Below are positions 11,780-24,048 of a stretch of 64,000 nucleotides of DNA, in pieces. Where the stretch lies: the NCBI GenBank assembly GCA_012026655.1, contig JAAILG010000480.1, positions 1-64,000 of the forward strand, read 5' to 3'. The notes beneath the pieces are model-generated. The model worked only from the letters and a program-made list of their open reading frames with translations. It did no database searches and was not told the DNA's origin. The stretch comes from Hydrolagus affinis. Taxonomy: Eukaryota. Position numbers and translations under genes: made by a program. The stretch's first letter is position 1. Every line of letters starts with the position of its first letter.

Positions 11780-12989
11780 AGTCACCAGGGAATGCAGCGT
11801 CAATGTCTGATGAACACAATATGTCCTGATCGATGAGTTTTCTTGTTCTTCCTTGTTGTGCAACAGTGTCAGGGAAAAGAGTACAGACCAGGTAAAAGGA
11901 ACAAAAGTATTACCTGGTAAAAGGGCATTAAGTGAAAGAGGCATCCAGTGAAGTAGAGACCTAGTGAAGAGATCGCCAGTGAAATGGACATCCATTGAAA
12001 TTAATATCCAGTAAAATAAATTTCTAACTAATGCCCTCCTTTTAATTGCACATCCTCACTCACTACATGCAACCATGACAGGAATTTTTGACAGTGAAAT
12101 GATTATCTAATTAAATGGATATCCAGTGAAATGGATAACCAGTGAAACATTTACAAGTTAATGCGCAGGCACAATAGTCACAGGTTAATCCACTGAACAC
12201 TCCACAAAGCTAACTTTATTGGACTCCAGGAATCATATTTAAAAGTAATCAGAAGCGAAATGGAAGCAAAAAATCAGCCTCGCAGTCAAGTTGAAGCGCT
12301 CCGAGACGCCGTCCGGCGTGGAGGACGCTATATAAATCAAAGTTGTTGTTGAGTTTCAGCTGGTCAGCCTGAGACAAACCTAGGTCTCAGTATCTCTTCT
12401 TACAAATCCTATTGCAATTCTTGTTTTTCAAGAGACAGGGAGATGTTCTATGGTGCAGCTGCTTTAATCCTAAACTTGTATAAATTGACAAACAACAGTC
12501 TTGTGTTCCAAATTCACTCAGTAGTCTGAAGAGTACCACAGAGCATCCAGGTTTGTCAACCACACCACACTGAGAGAACCATAAGCTGAGAATCCTGCAA
12601 TGTTCTGTGTAGTGTCTGTGCTGATGTTGATTTCTCACCAATTTCCCCATTTTAATTACATGGAACGCTGACAGGAATATTCATCCCTCGCATTCCTCTC
12701 CATCTTTTACAATTGTAGGAAGACAAAACTGTACAGTGAGTCACTGATTCATAGATAAACTCTCCTTCAGTCTGAACTTCCTGCCTTTCTAATTAAGTAT
12801 TGAAGAATGCAGACATCGTGACGATCCACAGTCTATCATCTCAGAAGTTATCAGACTACACAACAACTCCCATATACTGTAACAGCCCTGTTGGGAGTGG
12901 TGCAAATTATGTCAGAAAAAGCAGGGAGATTTCTCAATAGATTGGCCATTCAACTTCATTGCCCTTTTCCCCATTAAAAAGCTTGCCAG

Positions 12990-13320
12990 TAATTAATAAT
13001 AATGATAATCCTTGCATTTGATATAGCACTTTTCACATCTTCTAGACGTCTCAAAGCGCTTCACAGGATATACTGTAAAGTTAATTGACTACTGTATATG
13101 TATGTGTGGGTGAAAAGCAGCAGCCAATTATGCACAGTAGTGTCCCACAAACAGTTGTGGATTGAAATGACCAATTTTATTATTGTGTTTCTTTGGATGG
13201 ATTATTATTAGGTGTATGGAATAAGGAAACTTGCCCAAGGTTTCGCCCCGACCTGCCTGGATTTGAAACACAGGTCTCACGCTTGTAAAGCGAGTGCTTT
13301 AATCACGAGCTACAGGACTC
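12990..13320 (-). mobile_element. tRNA-derived SINE, near full length
   Basis: Reverse of head gagtcctgtagctcgtgattaaagcactcgctttacaagcgtgagacc, body and (ATT)n tail. Confidence 0.85.
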
Positions 13321-13864
13321 AATTACTTGTGAAGTATTTTGTTTCTGACACACGAGGAAACCTATCACTATGCTTATGAGTACCCAAAGCAAACCAAAAG
13401 TTCCATGCATTCTAACTATATGTGATGGACCATAGTGATGCCTATATGGACCATAGTGATGCCTATGGAATGCCAACCATAGCATTTCTGAAGAGGCCAT
13501 TCTGTTGCTCTTGGGATGGTGTGCTATCTCCATCCAGGGATCGGTCCCTCATTTCCCCGGAATGAGGGAGTTAGCAGCAGTGAAGGGAGTAAAAATGTGA
13601 CATACTCTGTTCTGGAATTTTCCTGTCAAATGTTCCAGCTTGTGTGCTGTTTCCCTACAGTCACGGTGAACTATATGCCAAGCTCCAGCGTGTTTGTAGA
13701 GCCGGCAACTTCCACTGGACTTTGTGTACAGAACTGCACTTTCTGCAGTCACATTACCTGAATGGGCTCGTGACTGTCTGCAAGGAATGTGCTGAATCAT
13801 AAAGCAGAGGGATCCTGGAAAGTGGCCTCTCTGCCAAAACTCCTCCTGATTTACTAATAGAATT

Positions 13865-14085
13865 ACATAGAATATACAGCACAGAAACAGGCCATTCGGC
13901 CCAACTGGTCTATGCGGCCATCTATGCTCCACATGAACCTCCTCCTTCCCTTCCTCAACTAAGCCTATCAGCATAACCTTCTATTCCTTTCTCCCTTATG
14001 CAGTTATCTAGTTTTCCCTTGAATGCATCTATGCTATTTGCCTCAATTACTCCTTGTGGAAAGTTTAACATTCCCACTACTCACG
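13865..14085 (-). mobile_element. CR1 LINE 3' fragment
   Basis: catagaatatacagcacagaaacaggccattcggcccaac is the reverse of a CR1 3' terminus (...gggccgaatggcctgtttctgtgctgta...). Confidence 0.7.
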
Positions 14086-15006
14086 GCTGAAGAGCTTACT
14101 TTACGACCTTGCAAAAAAGATCACCTTTTTGCCCCTCCCCCTGGCTCGGCCCCGGGATCCATTATTGTGAAGCGTTCCGAGATGCCGTCCGGCGTGGAGA
14201 GCGCTATATAAATCCAAGTTGTTGTTGTTGTTATTCTCTGGGTAAAGGAGTTTCACCCAACTTCCCTATTTGATTTATTGGTGACCATTTTATATTTATG
14301 GCTATTATATCCCACAAGTGGAAGAGTCCAAGCTTTTCAGCCTTTCCTGATAAAGCTCCCAGTTGTACTTCAGTACAAGGGAACGTTTTGGCCACTGACT
14401 GAAAAGTTCCCTGGTCCATCAGCTCCATTCATAGATACATCAAATGCTTTGAGATGTCCACAAGATGTGAAAAGCGCTATATCAAATGTATGGCTTATTA
14501 TTATCGTTATCATCAATCCACAGAGGTGCTGTGCAATTATTTGCAACCAATGCATACCCGGACCCACACAATGTCACCCAGCAGTGACTTAGCCTCTGAG
14601 GCAGGCTAACAATGAAGGCAAGTAGTCTGGACCATTGCAGTGTTACTGGTCGCTGACTAATAATCATCTTTGGGTCCCCGTTGGGAGCTCTGCTGAAGGC
14701 TATGAGCAGCTAGCTGCAGCTGGGCTCCATCGGGGTTGGAGGGAAAGCCTTTCATTTGAGCATTTTAGGGGGAGAAGGCGATTGAAGTTTCTGAGTGTTG
14801 ACTGTCTGTGAATCAACCTCTTTGGATGCACTCAGCTATCTCAGCTTGGAGTGGAGTGTGCTAACTGCTACTGGTCTTGACTCATCCGGTCTCTAAACTG
14901 TCTTCAGATGATTAATGAGAACAGGGGGACAGCCCAAATCACATGTAATTTGCAGTGAATTAAATGGTATAATCCCTCTCAAATCATGTAGTTTAATTGA
15001 ACTCTA

Positions 15007-15380
15007 CATAGGAACATAGGTATTAGGAGCATGAGTAGGCCATTCGGCCCCTCGAGCCTGCCCCGCCATTCAATAAGAGCATGGCTGATCTTCTAATGTA
15101 ACTCCATCTGCTTGCCTTATCCCCATATCCCTTAATCCCTCTATCCATTAGAAATCTATCAATCTCAGGCTTGAATATGTAAAAAGGACTGAGCATCTAC
15201 AGCCTTCTGAGTAAAGAAGTGTTTCCTCAACTATGCTCAAAAAGGCTAAACCTTAATTTTAAGATTATGACCCCACTAGTTATAGATTCTCCTACCAGGG
15301 GAAACAGTCTCACAATGTCTACTCTATCATGCCTCTTAAGAATCTTATAGGTTTCTATAAGATCATTTCATATTGAAATA
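15007..15380 (-). mobile_element. CR1 LINE 3' fragment
   Basis: aggccattcggcccctcgagcctgccccgccattcaataag...; closely similar to 22950-23095. Confidence 0.75.
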
Positions 15381-15989
15381 TCTTCCCTTTCTACCCAATC
15401 CTACTTGGGGCACGGAGGCTTGGAGTTCCACGGTCATCAATCACCCTCTGTTATCTTGTTCAAGTGCTCATTTTTCAATGTGAGTAGATCAGGAATGAAA
15501 TGAGATTATTTGACAGTGCTCTGGACTAAATGATCTGTTTGGCTCAGGGCTACTCTATGGCCCAGTGCTACACCTGTCTACCTGTCTAGGTGTCTCAGGA
15601 CTGCACTAAATAGCTTCAGTTCAAATCATTCAGGATTGGGCTGTTTATTGCACCCTCTGTGCCGTATTTGAGCACACAATGCAATAGAATTTACACACCA
15701 AGGCATTCCTGACCGTGTTTTTGTTGGGGACTTCCTAATGTCAATCAAGGGGCTTCCTTGATTGATCATCTACCTTAGTCCCGTTATTGTTTGGTGTAAC
15801 AAGATTAGATACTTCAATACAAAGAAAGTGTTACCTTTGTCAATGATCATGGCACCTGTAGCGATATTGGCCGCTGAGTTTTAAAGATTGGCCTGGAGAT
15901 TAACAATCACAATGACTTGCGATACAGTGTCTTTGATGTTAAAGAATATGCTTCAGAGAATGAGATCAATCAGAAATGAATAAATATTA

Positions 15990-16200
15990 TGTGTACACAA
16001 AGCCAGTCACATCTTTTGTATAGACGGACAAAGCCAGTCACTAGCCTTTATGTACACAGACAAAGCCCAGTCACGTCCTCTGTGCATACCCTTTCACCAC
16101 TCGTTTTCCACTGTGTACACAAATAAAAACCTTTCACCAGTCACCAACTTGCTGTAATAGAAAAAAAACACTTTCACCAGTCATTATCCTCTGTGTACAC
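15990..16200. repeat. Degenerate ~30-40 bp minisatellite
   Basis: Recurring acaaagccagtcac, ctttcaccagtca and tgtgtacac units. Confidence 0.6.
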
Positions 16201-16384
16201 TGTTGAACTACATGCAAGGCATAAAGCAGTATCTGATCTACAATCATCGTTAGTTAGATCAGAAATCAACAAATTAAATTCCAGACTAAAAGGATAGCTC
16301 TGGCAATCTAAAGAATTTATCCCAACCATACTTTGTGTAAAATTTATGACCTACATAGGTATTAGCTAACTCAGACCAACTAAC

Positions 16385-16487
16385 CTCGATGATGTAATCC
16401 TGCCCATCCTTCCCATGAACAGCTTTCACTGCACATATATCCAGGCCACCAAACATTTCAGAGCAAGCGTCCACCCACACTCGATAG
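16385..16487 (-). CDS. SYN3: SYN3 domain C exon (103 bp)
   Basis: ctttcag|C TAT...GAG|gttagt. [34 protein letters not shown]; Lys in CAVKA rather than the synapsin I Glu. Confidence 0.97.
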
Positions 16488-17205
16488 CTGAAAGAGAATT
16501 CCCATTGGAATGTGAGCTATCAGGTTGCTCTGTTGTGACCCGTTTCATCCGTTCTTCCACCAACATGCTCAACACCACACATTCATTACAGAAACCAGTC
16601 ATTTCAATTACCACACAGCCCTATTACAAAGGGAATGCAATGGGAGCTGTGCACTTGCTGACATCTCGCCTTTGTCTCTTGTTCTGATGGACCATTCTCC
16701 TATATCCCTCGCTTTGCAGTCTACAATACAGCCTGGGATCAGAGTTTGGTAGAAGTGGGGGCATGGAGAGGATGTGAGGTGCGGAGTTGGGTGGCGGGGA
16801 GAATCCCTGTCTTGACATAGTGAAAGAGTGGGATGGGCTGTGGGCAGCACTCACTCATCACTCAAGTACTAAATATGTCACTCAGAAAAGGATAGAAAGA
16901 GGAGAAGGGGATTCCAAACAAAGTGTCAGTCTCTTACAATGCTACAAATGTGAGCTGGATAAGCACCAAAGTACAAAGATTTAGAGATACAGGCAAAGAA
17001 GTGGGATAATTTTTTTTAGATGTCTGGCTTAGTAAAGCAACAACCAGCAGCACAGACACAAAGTGCAACATGGCCTCTGTGCTGGCAAAGTGCCTGGCCA
17101 AAAATCCCCCAGATAAAACTGGTCATGGCTGTTTGTAGGACATTGCTGCGTGCAAATTAGCTGCTGGTTTTGCCTACATAAACACACTAACTGTATTTGC
17201 TGTAC

Positions 17206-17424
17206 ATCCCGCAGTCTCTCTGCCTCGCCCCTCTCCCTGGCCTCCTTCAAGTCCCACCTCAAGACCCTCCTCTTCGACGATCCCATCAGTCACTCCAAAT
17301 CCCCCCCTTTTCCCTCCACCCTCCCTGTCCTCAGCTCGGGTCTGAAACAATGACTGTCCAGTGCCCTGGGACGTCCTCCTGACATGAAAGGCGCGATACA
17401 AGTGTAATTTTATTGTTCTTGTTG
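17206..17424 (+). mobile_element. L2 3' fragment inserted in a SINE tail
   Basis: SLCLAPLP..SFKSHLKTLLF-type RT C-terminus plus UTR and GTT tail. Host SINE halves at 17115-17205 and 17425-17490. Confidence 0.8.
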
Positions 17425-17827
17425 CTGTGAAGTGCTTTGAGACGTCCACCCGATGTGAAAAACAAATGCAATGATTATTATTATTATTATTGTTGTTGTT
17501 ATCGTCTGTTTTTAGGTAAACTAGCTAAGGGGGATAATCAGAGATCCAAGCTTGAGATAAGCATGGGGAAAGAGCTGAGTGGACTGTGACTTCATCCATA
17601 CTCCCACACCCAGTGCCTCTGCCCTCCAACCCTCTTGATTCCAACCCCCAGCTCAGCAGCAAACCCCTAACTGTTCAGTGGCTAGGGACATCCTTCTGAC
17701 TTGACAGACACCATATAAATATAATTTGTTTTTCTTCAGCCTAACTTGACTTGTGAGTTGGGCTGAAGGCCACTGATGTGGTTGTGATGTGGGCTGGGTT
17801 CTAGATTTGTGCTGTATGAGCACTTAC

Positions 17828-17902
17828 CGTTCTGTCATGGCCACTTGTTCCAGCATGGCCGAACCAGTGTTTGCTTTCCAGTTTCCTGAAATCGAGGTCC
17901 TC
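17828..17902 (-). CDS. SYN3: SYN3 domain C exon (75 bp)
   Basis: cacag|G AGG...CG|gtaagt. [25 protein letters not shown], the synapsin III variant (KAN, QVAMTER). Confidence 0.97.
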
Positions 17903-18854
17903 CTGTGAGAGACAAGTCACGTTATTGGCAAGGCCCCCAGGTTCATAGCAACAGCAAAGCAGCCAGCTCATAGTCAGCTGGTGTTGATTTGCCACCTCCC
18001 TGGGCAAGAGTATAATAATCACAATCCCCTCATCACCCCACCCATGAGGCAGGTAGGTGTCCTGCTTTCGGCTGCCTTTGATGCTACTCTTGAGTCAAAT
18101 CTGCAAGAGAAGTCCAGCGTGCTTGCCCCTCAACCCTGATGTTCTCTTTTCCTGCAACCCACTCCCCCACCCCCACTGTACACCCGGAGATGGAAGTCTG
18201 CCATTGTTTCTAGACAGGATTCATCATCCCATACACTGCGCTGCCAGTAGGAGGGTCTGTGCGTCAGTGGCTCAGTGAGTGTCAGTCTGATCCATCCCAG
18301 ATTGTGAATCACCAGACATCTCTTTACATTTCCGGCGACACTCCTCAAATAGGAAATTGCAGGGTGTGGCACCACATTTAATAGAGGAATATCAGACATG
18401 CTTGTTAGCTTTCTCCGCTGATCTAATCACTGCTTGGTGTTTTGGCTATTCGTTCCCAGACGCGCCAGTCTGCCCACACCAGTCTGGTTTTGGTCTGGCA
18501 GCTTCTCCCCCATTTTCTTTTCAAAGGCAGACAAATCAGGAAGGAATCGAGTATTGGGTTTCATCCATGGGAGCTCTTTGCGTGGAGGAGTTATATTACT
18601 CGGGAGCTATCTGCCCAAAAGCTATACTGTACTCTAAAAATGCCATGGAACCAGTTTAAAACTCCTCTGATTGTGCCCAAAGCTGTTGTCTCCATTCTTC
18701 CTATGGTCACAAAACAATCCCCAGCCAAAGAGCACAAAGGTGACTTCGCCGCAGGCGGCTGAGAAGGATACCTTCCCATCAATTCACTCTACCATTAGTA
18801 TGAATTTATCTCAAACCCATCTTTGTTGATTTCAGAGAAAGTTACGGCTCTGCA

Positions 18855-19192
18855 GGAGTCCCATAGTGTAGTGGTTAACACACTTGCCTCGCTAGCGAGA
18901 GGCCCCGGGTTTGATTCTCGGGTAGGGCGAAACATTAGACAAGTTTCCTTACTCCACACATCTCTGTTTACCCAGCAACATTGGTTGATTGATGGATCAC
19001 TTTCCAAGGGTAATAATCCCTCCAAAAAAAATGTGTTCACTCAATCACGACTGTTTGTGGGACACTGCTGTGGGAAATTGGCTGCTGCATTTTGCACAAA
19101 AAATAGTTAACTTTACATTATATTCTGTGAAGCAGTTTGAGACATCTCAATGACATAATAAGGCGCTATAGCAAATGCAAGGATTATTATGA
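18855..19192 (+). mobile_element. Full-length tRNA-derived SINE
   Basis: Head ggagtcccatagtgtagtggttaacacacttgcctcgctagcgagaggccccgggtttgattc (tRNA-Val-like), body and tail. Confidence 0.88.
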
Positions 19193-19304
19193 TACTTATT
19201 ATTTTTATTATTATGTCACCTATCTCAGCACACCCGAATCCCAGTACACAGGTTCACTATCCCGGGTAGGCCTGTACTGCAGGTAAGCTAGTAGTGACAC
19301 TCAC

Positions 19305-19447
19305 ATGTAAGCTTTATAATTGTTCCCAATCTTCTGAATTCTGATGTCGTATTTGGAGTCGATGAATGGCTCGGTGGTTGCATAGGTTTTGGCCAGCGCC
19401 ACAACGCTGGCAATGTCCTGGAAGTCATAATGGTTTTCGACCTTGAC
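19305..19447 (-). CDS. SYN3: SYN3 domain C exon (143 bp)
   Basis: cgtag|GTC...AT|gtgagt. [47 protein letters not shown](M). Confidence 0.97.
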
Positions 19448-19699
19448 CTACGAGATCCAAAGCCCAGGTAAGCCGGAGAAAGAATGAAAAGCAGGGTGAG
19501 AAAAACACTGGCACCCACCCAGCCATGGTACACATTTAGAAAAAGAACTGCAGTTCATCAAGATATTGCCAACATGTGTCAATCTACATTCAGAACTGGG
19601 TGAGGTGACGCAGGTGTTTTCCATTCCTCTTCTGCACAGTCGACACATGACGAGATCTGATTTCCAGTATCTCAACCAAGTACCAAGCTCTATGTGTGA

Positions 19700-19872
19700 G
19701 CTGAGATAGTGAGTGTGATCAGGCTATTAGACCTGGAGAGGAACTGCCTACCCCAGTGGAGGGCTTTGGAGGCAAAGATGAGGATTTTGAACTCTATCCT
19801 CTGGGATATGGGGCTCCAGTGGAGCCAGATGAGGGTGGAGGTGATAGGATCATGGAGCCCGGTGAAGGGCAT
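19700..19872 (-). mobile_element. L2 RT C-terminal fragment
   Basis: DPITSTLIWLHWSPISQRIEFKILIFASKALH matches the L2 HITP..LHWLP..RI.FK motif. Confidence 0.8.
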
Positions 19873-20229
19873 TGCTTTTAATCAGTGATTTAATTATATT
19901 CAGTTATTCACTTTGAGACAAAGTGTGTGTAGAATGGATAGAAGAACAAACCTGAGGAAATATCTTCGCAACCTAATGTCTCAGGGATGATGAATAGGAA
20001 AATGAGTACTAGAGGGAACAATAGTGTAAACCAGAGGGAAGGTTTAGGCATGTGGAACCGATGAGGGGAGGAAGATGGAAACTTTGGATATTCAGTCACC
20101 AAATCCATTTATTCATCAAATTGTAGGAATTGTTTGGAAACTGCTGAACTAATTTATTGGCTGGATCCTTGCAGATTGTCCCCAAGTCTCACTCAGTGTA
20201 GATATATTTCTTGCTTCAACAGAGCTTAC

Positions 20230-20292
20230 CTTTCCCATGCCTGCGTGAGCATGTCCCAATTTTACCACCACTGGAAAACTGGGAATTGTCAG
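20230..20292 (-). CDS. SYN3: SYN3 domain C exon (63 bp), first exon after the TIMP3-containing intron
   Basis: gtttcag|CTG...AAG|gtaagc. LTIPSFPVVVKLGHAHAGMGK. Confidence 0.97.
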
Positions 20293-21771
20293 CTGAAACA
20301 GAAACAAAACATTCATCACCTTCAGTCCTGTGTACTTCTTCCAGTTACTTTTTATGCAATAAACAAATCAAACACCATGTAATACACTCTATGTTCCATG
20401 TCCATTGTTCTTTAACTGTGAAGGTGGCTGGAATGTGCCGCTGCATCTCAGGAATGTTACGATTGTGTCCGGGATCTTCGTCTGCTTTGACTTGACAGTT
20501 CCCCTTTCTTTGAAATCACAATTTAGTCTAACTCAGTCAATGTTACTCTGGTCCTGGATGCTGTCTGAGCTAATGAAATATGATGAGCTACATGTGTGTG
20601 AAAATGATCCCAGCTGCTCATTGCAAAACTCCCACAAGTTTTGAATCTCACTGATCCCTGGGCTGAGTGGGTGGGGTATGGTGGTGGGGCTGCCTCACAG
20701 CTTGTGGCATTGTGTCTGAATGACTGAGAGCCAGACATGGGTGGTCGCAGTGCACACAGAACAAGAACTGTCCACTTTCAGGAACCAGCCGACTCAAACT
20801 AAATAAGAGGAGAATTCCCGGAATAGGCGGCAGCTGGACTGCCTCTGACATTAGGTCTTTGTGATCTCTCTCCAGTTGCGTCAGGAAAAGGGCCATTTAC
20901 AGACTTGACCACACAGTTCTCTCTGTCAGAACATCAGATGTAAACTCATTCCTTCCCAGACACATGCATGTGGATAGTTTTGTTCCCAGTAATGTCTGGT
21001 GTGCCCACTCTCTGTCTCCAGCAGGTTTGTTGTTTCACTCAATGACTAATTGAGTTCATCTTCTTTGAGTTCCTGCCCTCCTTGTGAATTTTCATATCTT
21101 GACTCCAAGAGAGATTAAACTGAACCTGTCAATGCTCACTGTTACACAGTACACTGTTATATAATGCTACTCACTCACCTCTTATTAATGTTATCTTTGA
21201 GAACCTCTGGTGGCAAATGCTATACTGTATAACATTCCCTGCCCATTGTCTTCCCCCAGCCCAACACCCCACATATCATAATGTAACATCAGTGCACAAG
21301 AATTTGCTCCATGAAGCTGACAATCTACTCCGGTCTAGGATGTTCCCATGTAAATAAAACAGTTTTTATAGGAGGCTGACATCCTGAGCTGAGTGGAGCA
21401 GGGGTTCATTTTTTAAAGTAAAAATCTATTCATTTATCCAGGGTCAGATCATGTATCCGGATTTCCGTTCTCAGACCTCTCTCCTTCACTAACATATCAA
21501 TTCTCTTAAAGCACTTGCTTGTTCTTTTTTGACTGATGATAACTTACTCATCCACATTAGCTTCATTCACCACATCAACAACATGCATCAATATAGCGCC
21601 CTTCATGCTGGGTGGCATCTCGCAGCATTTTAATTAAATTTAAAAATAAAAGGTTTGCTGTCCCAACTGGAAGGAATGCATGGGCTCGGTCAATGAGCCT
21701 GTCGTGTCTGCATCCCATTGCACACATTGATTGAAAACCGTGGAGTCGAGACAGGCCTTAATCTCCTTCTG

Positions 21772-22218
21772 AAATAAAAACAGAAATCACTGGGAACACT
21801 CAGCAGGTCAGGCAGCATCTATGGAGAAAAGAAAGTGAGTCAACGTTTCGGGTCCATGAGTCTTCGTCAGAACTGGGGCATGTGAGGAGGGAGAGGCTTT
21901 TAAGAACTAACAAAGAGGGAGAGGCAGGTTAAGGAAGACAAAGGAGAAAATGGGGTAGAGGACAGGAGATAATGGGTTGAAGAGGTGTTAATGTTGTAAA
22001 ACAAAAGGGGGAGATTGCAACAAAACTGGAGAGAAGAGGTGGTAATAAGGTTAAATAAAGATGGGGTGAAATTGCAAAAGAACAGACAGACCAGATGGTC
22101 ATAGAAGAGTGGGAGGTGGAGGGGGAGGGGGAGCTGCTTTGGCCTGATATTTTTGAAATCAATATTAAGGCCAGATGGCTGCAAGGTCCCTAGCAGAGAG
22201 GTAAGGTGCTGTTCAAGG
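21772..22218 (-). mobile_element. Penelope-like retroelement 3' fragment
   Basis: EQHLTSLLGTLQPSGLNIDFKN resembles the Penelope GIY-YIG C-terminus. It is followed by a pyrimidine-rich UTR and gatgctgcctgacctgctgagtgttcccag...ttctgtttttattt. Confidence 0.8.
21835..21876 (-). ncRNA. Minimal type I hammerhead ribozyme motif (degenerate), Penelope-associated
   Basis: Minus strand: agtt-CTGACGA-agactcatggaccc-GAAA-CGTT-gact. Core boxes intact, palindromic ACGT stem III, stem II with two mismatches. Confidence 0.6.
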
Positions 22219-22269
22219 AAAGTGAAGTCCATCTCCACGGGTTTCAATCAATGTTCGAGACGTCCTAAA

Positions 22270-22495
22270 TTAATAATAGTAATTCTTGCATTTGATATAC
22301 CACTTCACAGAATTTACTGTAAAGTGAATTGACTGTATATTTGTGGGCAAAATGCAGCAGTGTCCCACAGCAGTGTCATAAATTGAAATGACCAATTTAT
22401 TACTGCTTTTTTCGAGGGATTATTGTCGGGCATGTGGAGTAAGGAAACTTGCCCAAGGTTTGCCGTGGCTGGAACTGAACCCAAGTTTCTTGACT
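22270..22495 (-). mobile_element. tRNA-derived SINE, internally deleted
   Basis: Tail ttcttgcatttgatata, body ggagtaaggaaacttgcccaagg and B-box remnant. Confidence 0.75.
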
Positions 22496-22949
22496 GAATA
22501 TGGAGGACCAGTAATTATGGGTATTTGTATTGGGTGAGGGTCAAGGGAGTGATGATGATAAAGTTGTTACTTTAACTAAATTAAGACATTATTTTAAAAC
22601 AGAATGTTTATAATTATCGACCTGTTAGTGATACGAGTCCTAAGAGGAGCTATACTGCACCTTTAAGTGGGCAGTTTACAGATCCCTTTCCTAAAAACAA
22701 AAACAGATAAAAGTTCAAATTAAGGGGACCTGAAGTGTTGTTAGTTCAGTGTCTGAGCTGCAAAAACAGATTAGAAACTGGTCAGTGTCTAGTGCAGAAC
22801 CAGAACAAAAGGGTCTCATGTTCAGTTATTCCTCTGCTGTGGAGCTACTCTCAGTGAAGCTGCAGTGACTGAACTGACGAGAGGATAAAACAGCTGCATT
22901 TGTTCCTCAGTCTCTCCCCCAGTCTCACATACATTAGAAAGTGAACATT

Positions 22950-23095
22950 TAGAATATAGGTATAATGAGCAGGAGTAGGCCATTCAGCCCCTCGAGCCTG
23001 CCCCGCCATTTAATAAGATCATGACTGATCTTCTAATCTAACTCCACCTGCCTGTGTTATCCCCATATCCCTTAATCCCTTTATCCATAAGAAAA
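22950..23095 (-). mobile_element. CR1 LINE 3' fragment
   Basis: aggagtaggccattcagcccctcgagcctgccccgcc; same family as 15007-15380. Confidence 0.75.
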
Positions 23096-23740
23096 CATTT
23101 AATCACAGCCTGGCAACACACTCTGCCCAGCATACACAAGGAGAATGGTCAGATCCTGATCAATGGTAGGAAAGCATGGTTCCAGACACTCGGAAGAAGA
23201 ATATTAGAGAGAAATAGGGGGTCTTATTAAAGAACAAAAACAAAATTACAATTGTATGCACATTGTTAGATAGAAATAAAATGCTTTCTTTGCGTCACTT
23301 TATTTATTTTCCTCTGGTGTCCAGGCCAATAATCCTCCAGCTGTTTGTGAGACCTTGATGTTGGAATATTGGCTGCTGCATTTGTCTACAAATCCATGGT
23401 CAATATACTTTACACCAACTCTGTGAAGAGCTTTGAGCAGTGTTCTGAAAATCAGTGCAGACTTGAAGAATAAAATGGCTTCCTTCTGTGCTGTAAATGT
23501 CTCTGATTTCACCCGCAAAATATCCACAATCACAACATTTTACAGTGCAGCATTTTGAAATGTATCAATGATGTGATTAGGCAAAGGATTACATGCAAAT
23601 GCAAGGATTATTATCATTATTATAGAATTTTATTTTTACAAAGAGAGACATTGTTTTTTCTCTCTCTCTCTCTCCCACCTTCCAGTAGGAGCTGCTGACT
23701 GAGTGTATGGGAAAGATGTCAATGGCTGCAAACAAACATT

Positions 23741-24048
23741 GGAGTCCTGCAGCTCAGCAGTTTCCAGCACTCGCCTAACAAGCGAGAGACCTGGGTTCGA
23801 TTCCCGGTAGGGCAAAACCTGGGACAAGTTTCCTTACTCTACACGCCTGATAATAATACCTAAAGATAAAAATTAAATTGGTCATTTCAATCCATAACTG
23901 TTTGTGGGACAGTGCTGTGCATAGTTGGCTGCCACATTTCACCCACAAATATACAGTCAATTCACTTTACAGTATATTCTGCGAAGCACTTTGCGATGTC
24001 TAGAAGACGTGAAAAGCGCTATATCAAATGCAAGGATTATTATTACTA
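23741..24048 (+). mobile_element. tRNA-derived SINE, short-body variant
   Basis: Head with B box ggttcgattcc; lacks the ctgtttacccagcagt...gatcact body segment; intact tail. Confidence 0.85.

Noticed and set aside
11807-11840. Other CTGATGA hammerhead-core matches (also ~21533 and ~6222 minus)
   Set aside because: No stem II followed by GAAA.
13424-13467. Short tandem duplications (21 bp here, 13 bp at ~8303, 9 bp x3 at ~54806) as CRISPR-like arrays
   Set aside because: No spacers and only 2-3 units in a vertebrate genome; ordinary slippage.
18855-18930. tRNA-Val-like sequences here and at 30168, 45828 and 62840 as tRNA genes
   Set aside because: They run straight into a shared SINE body, acceptor stems do not pair and anticodon loops vary; these are SINE heads.
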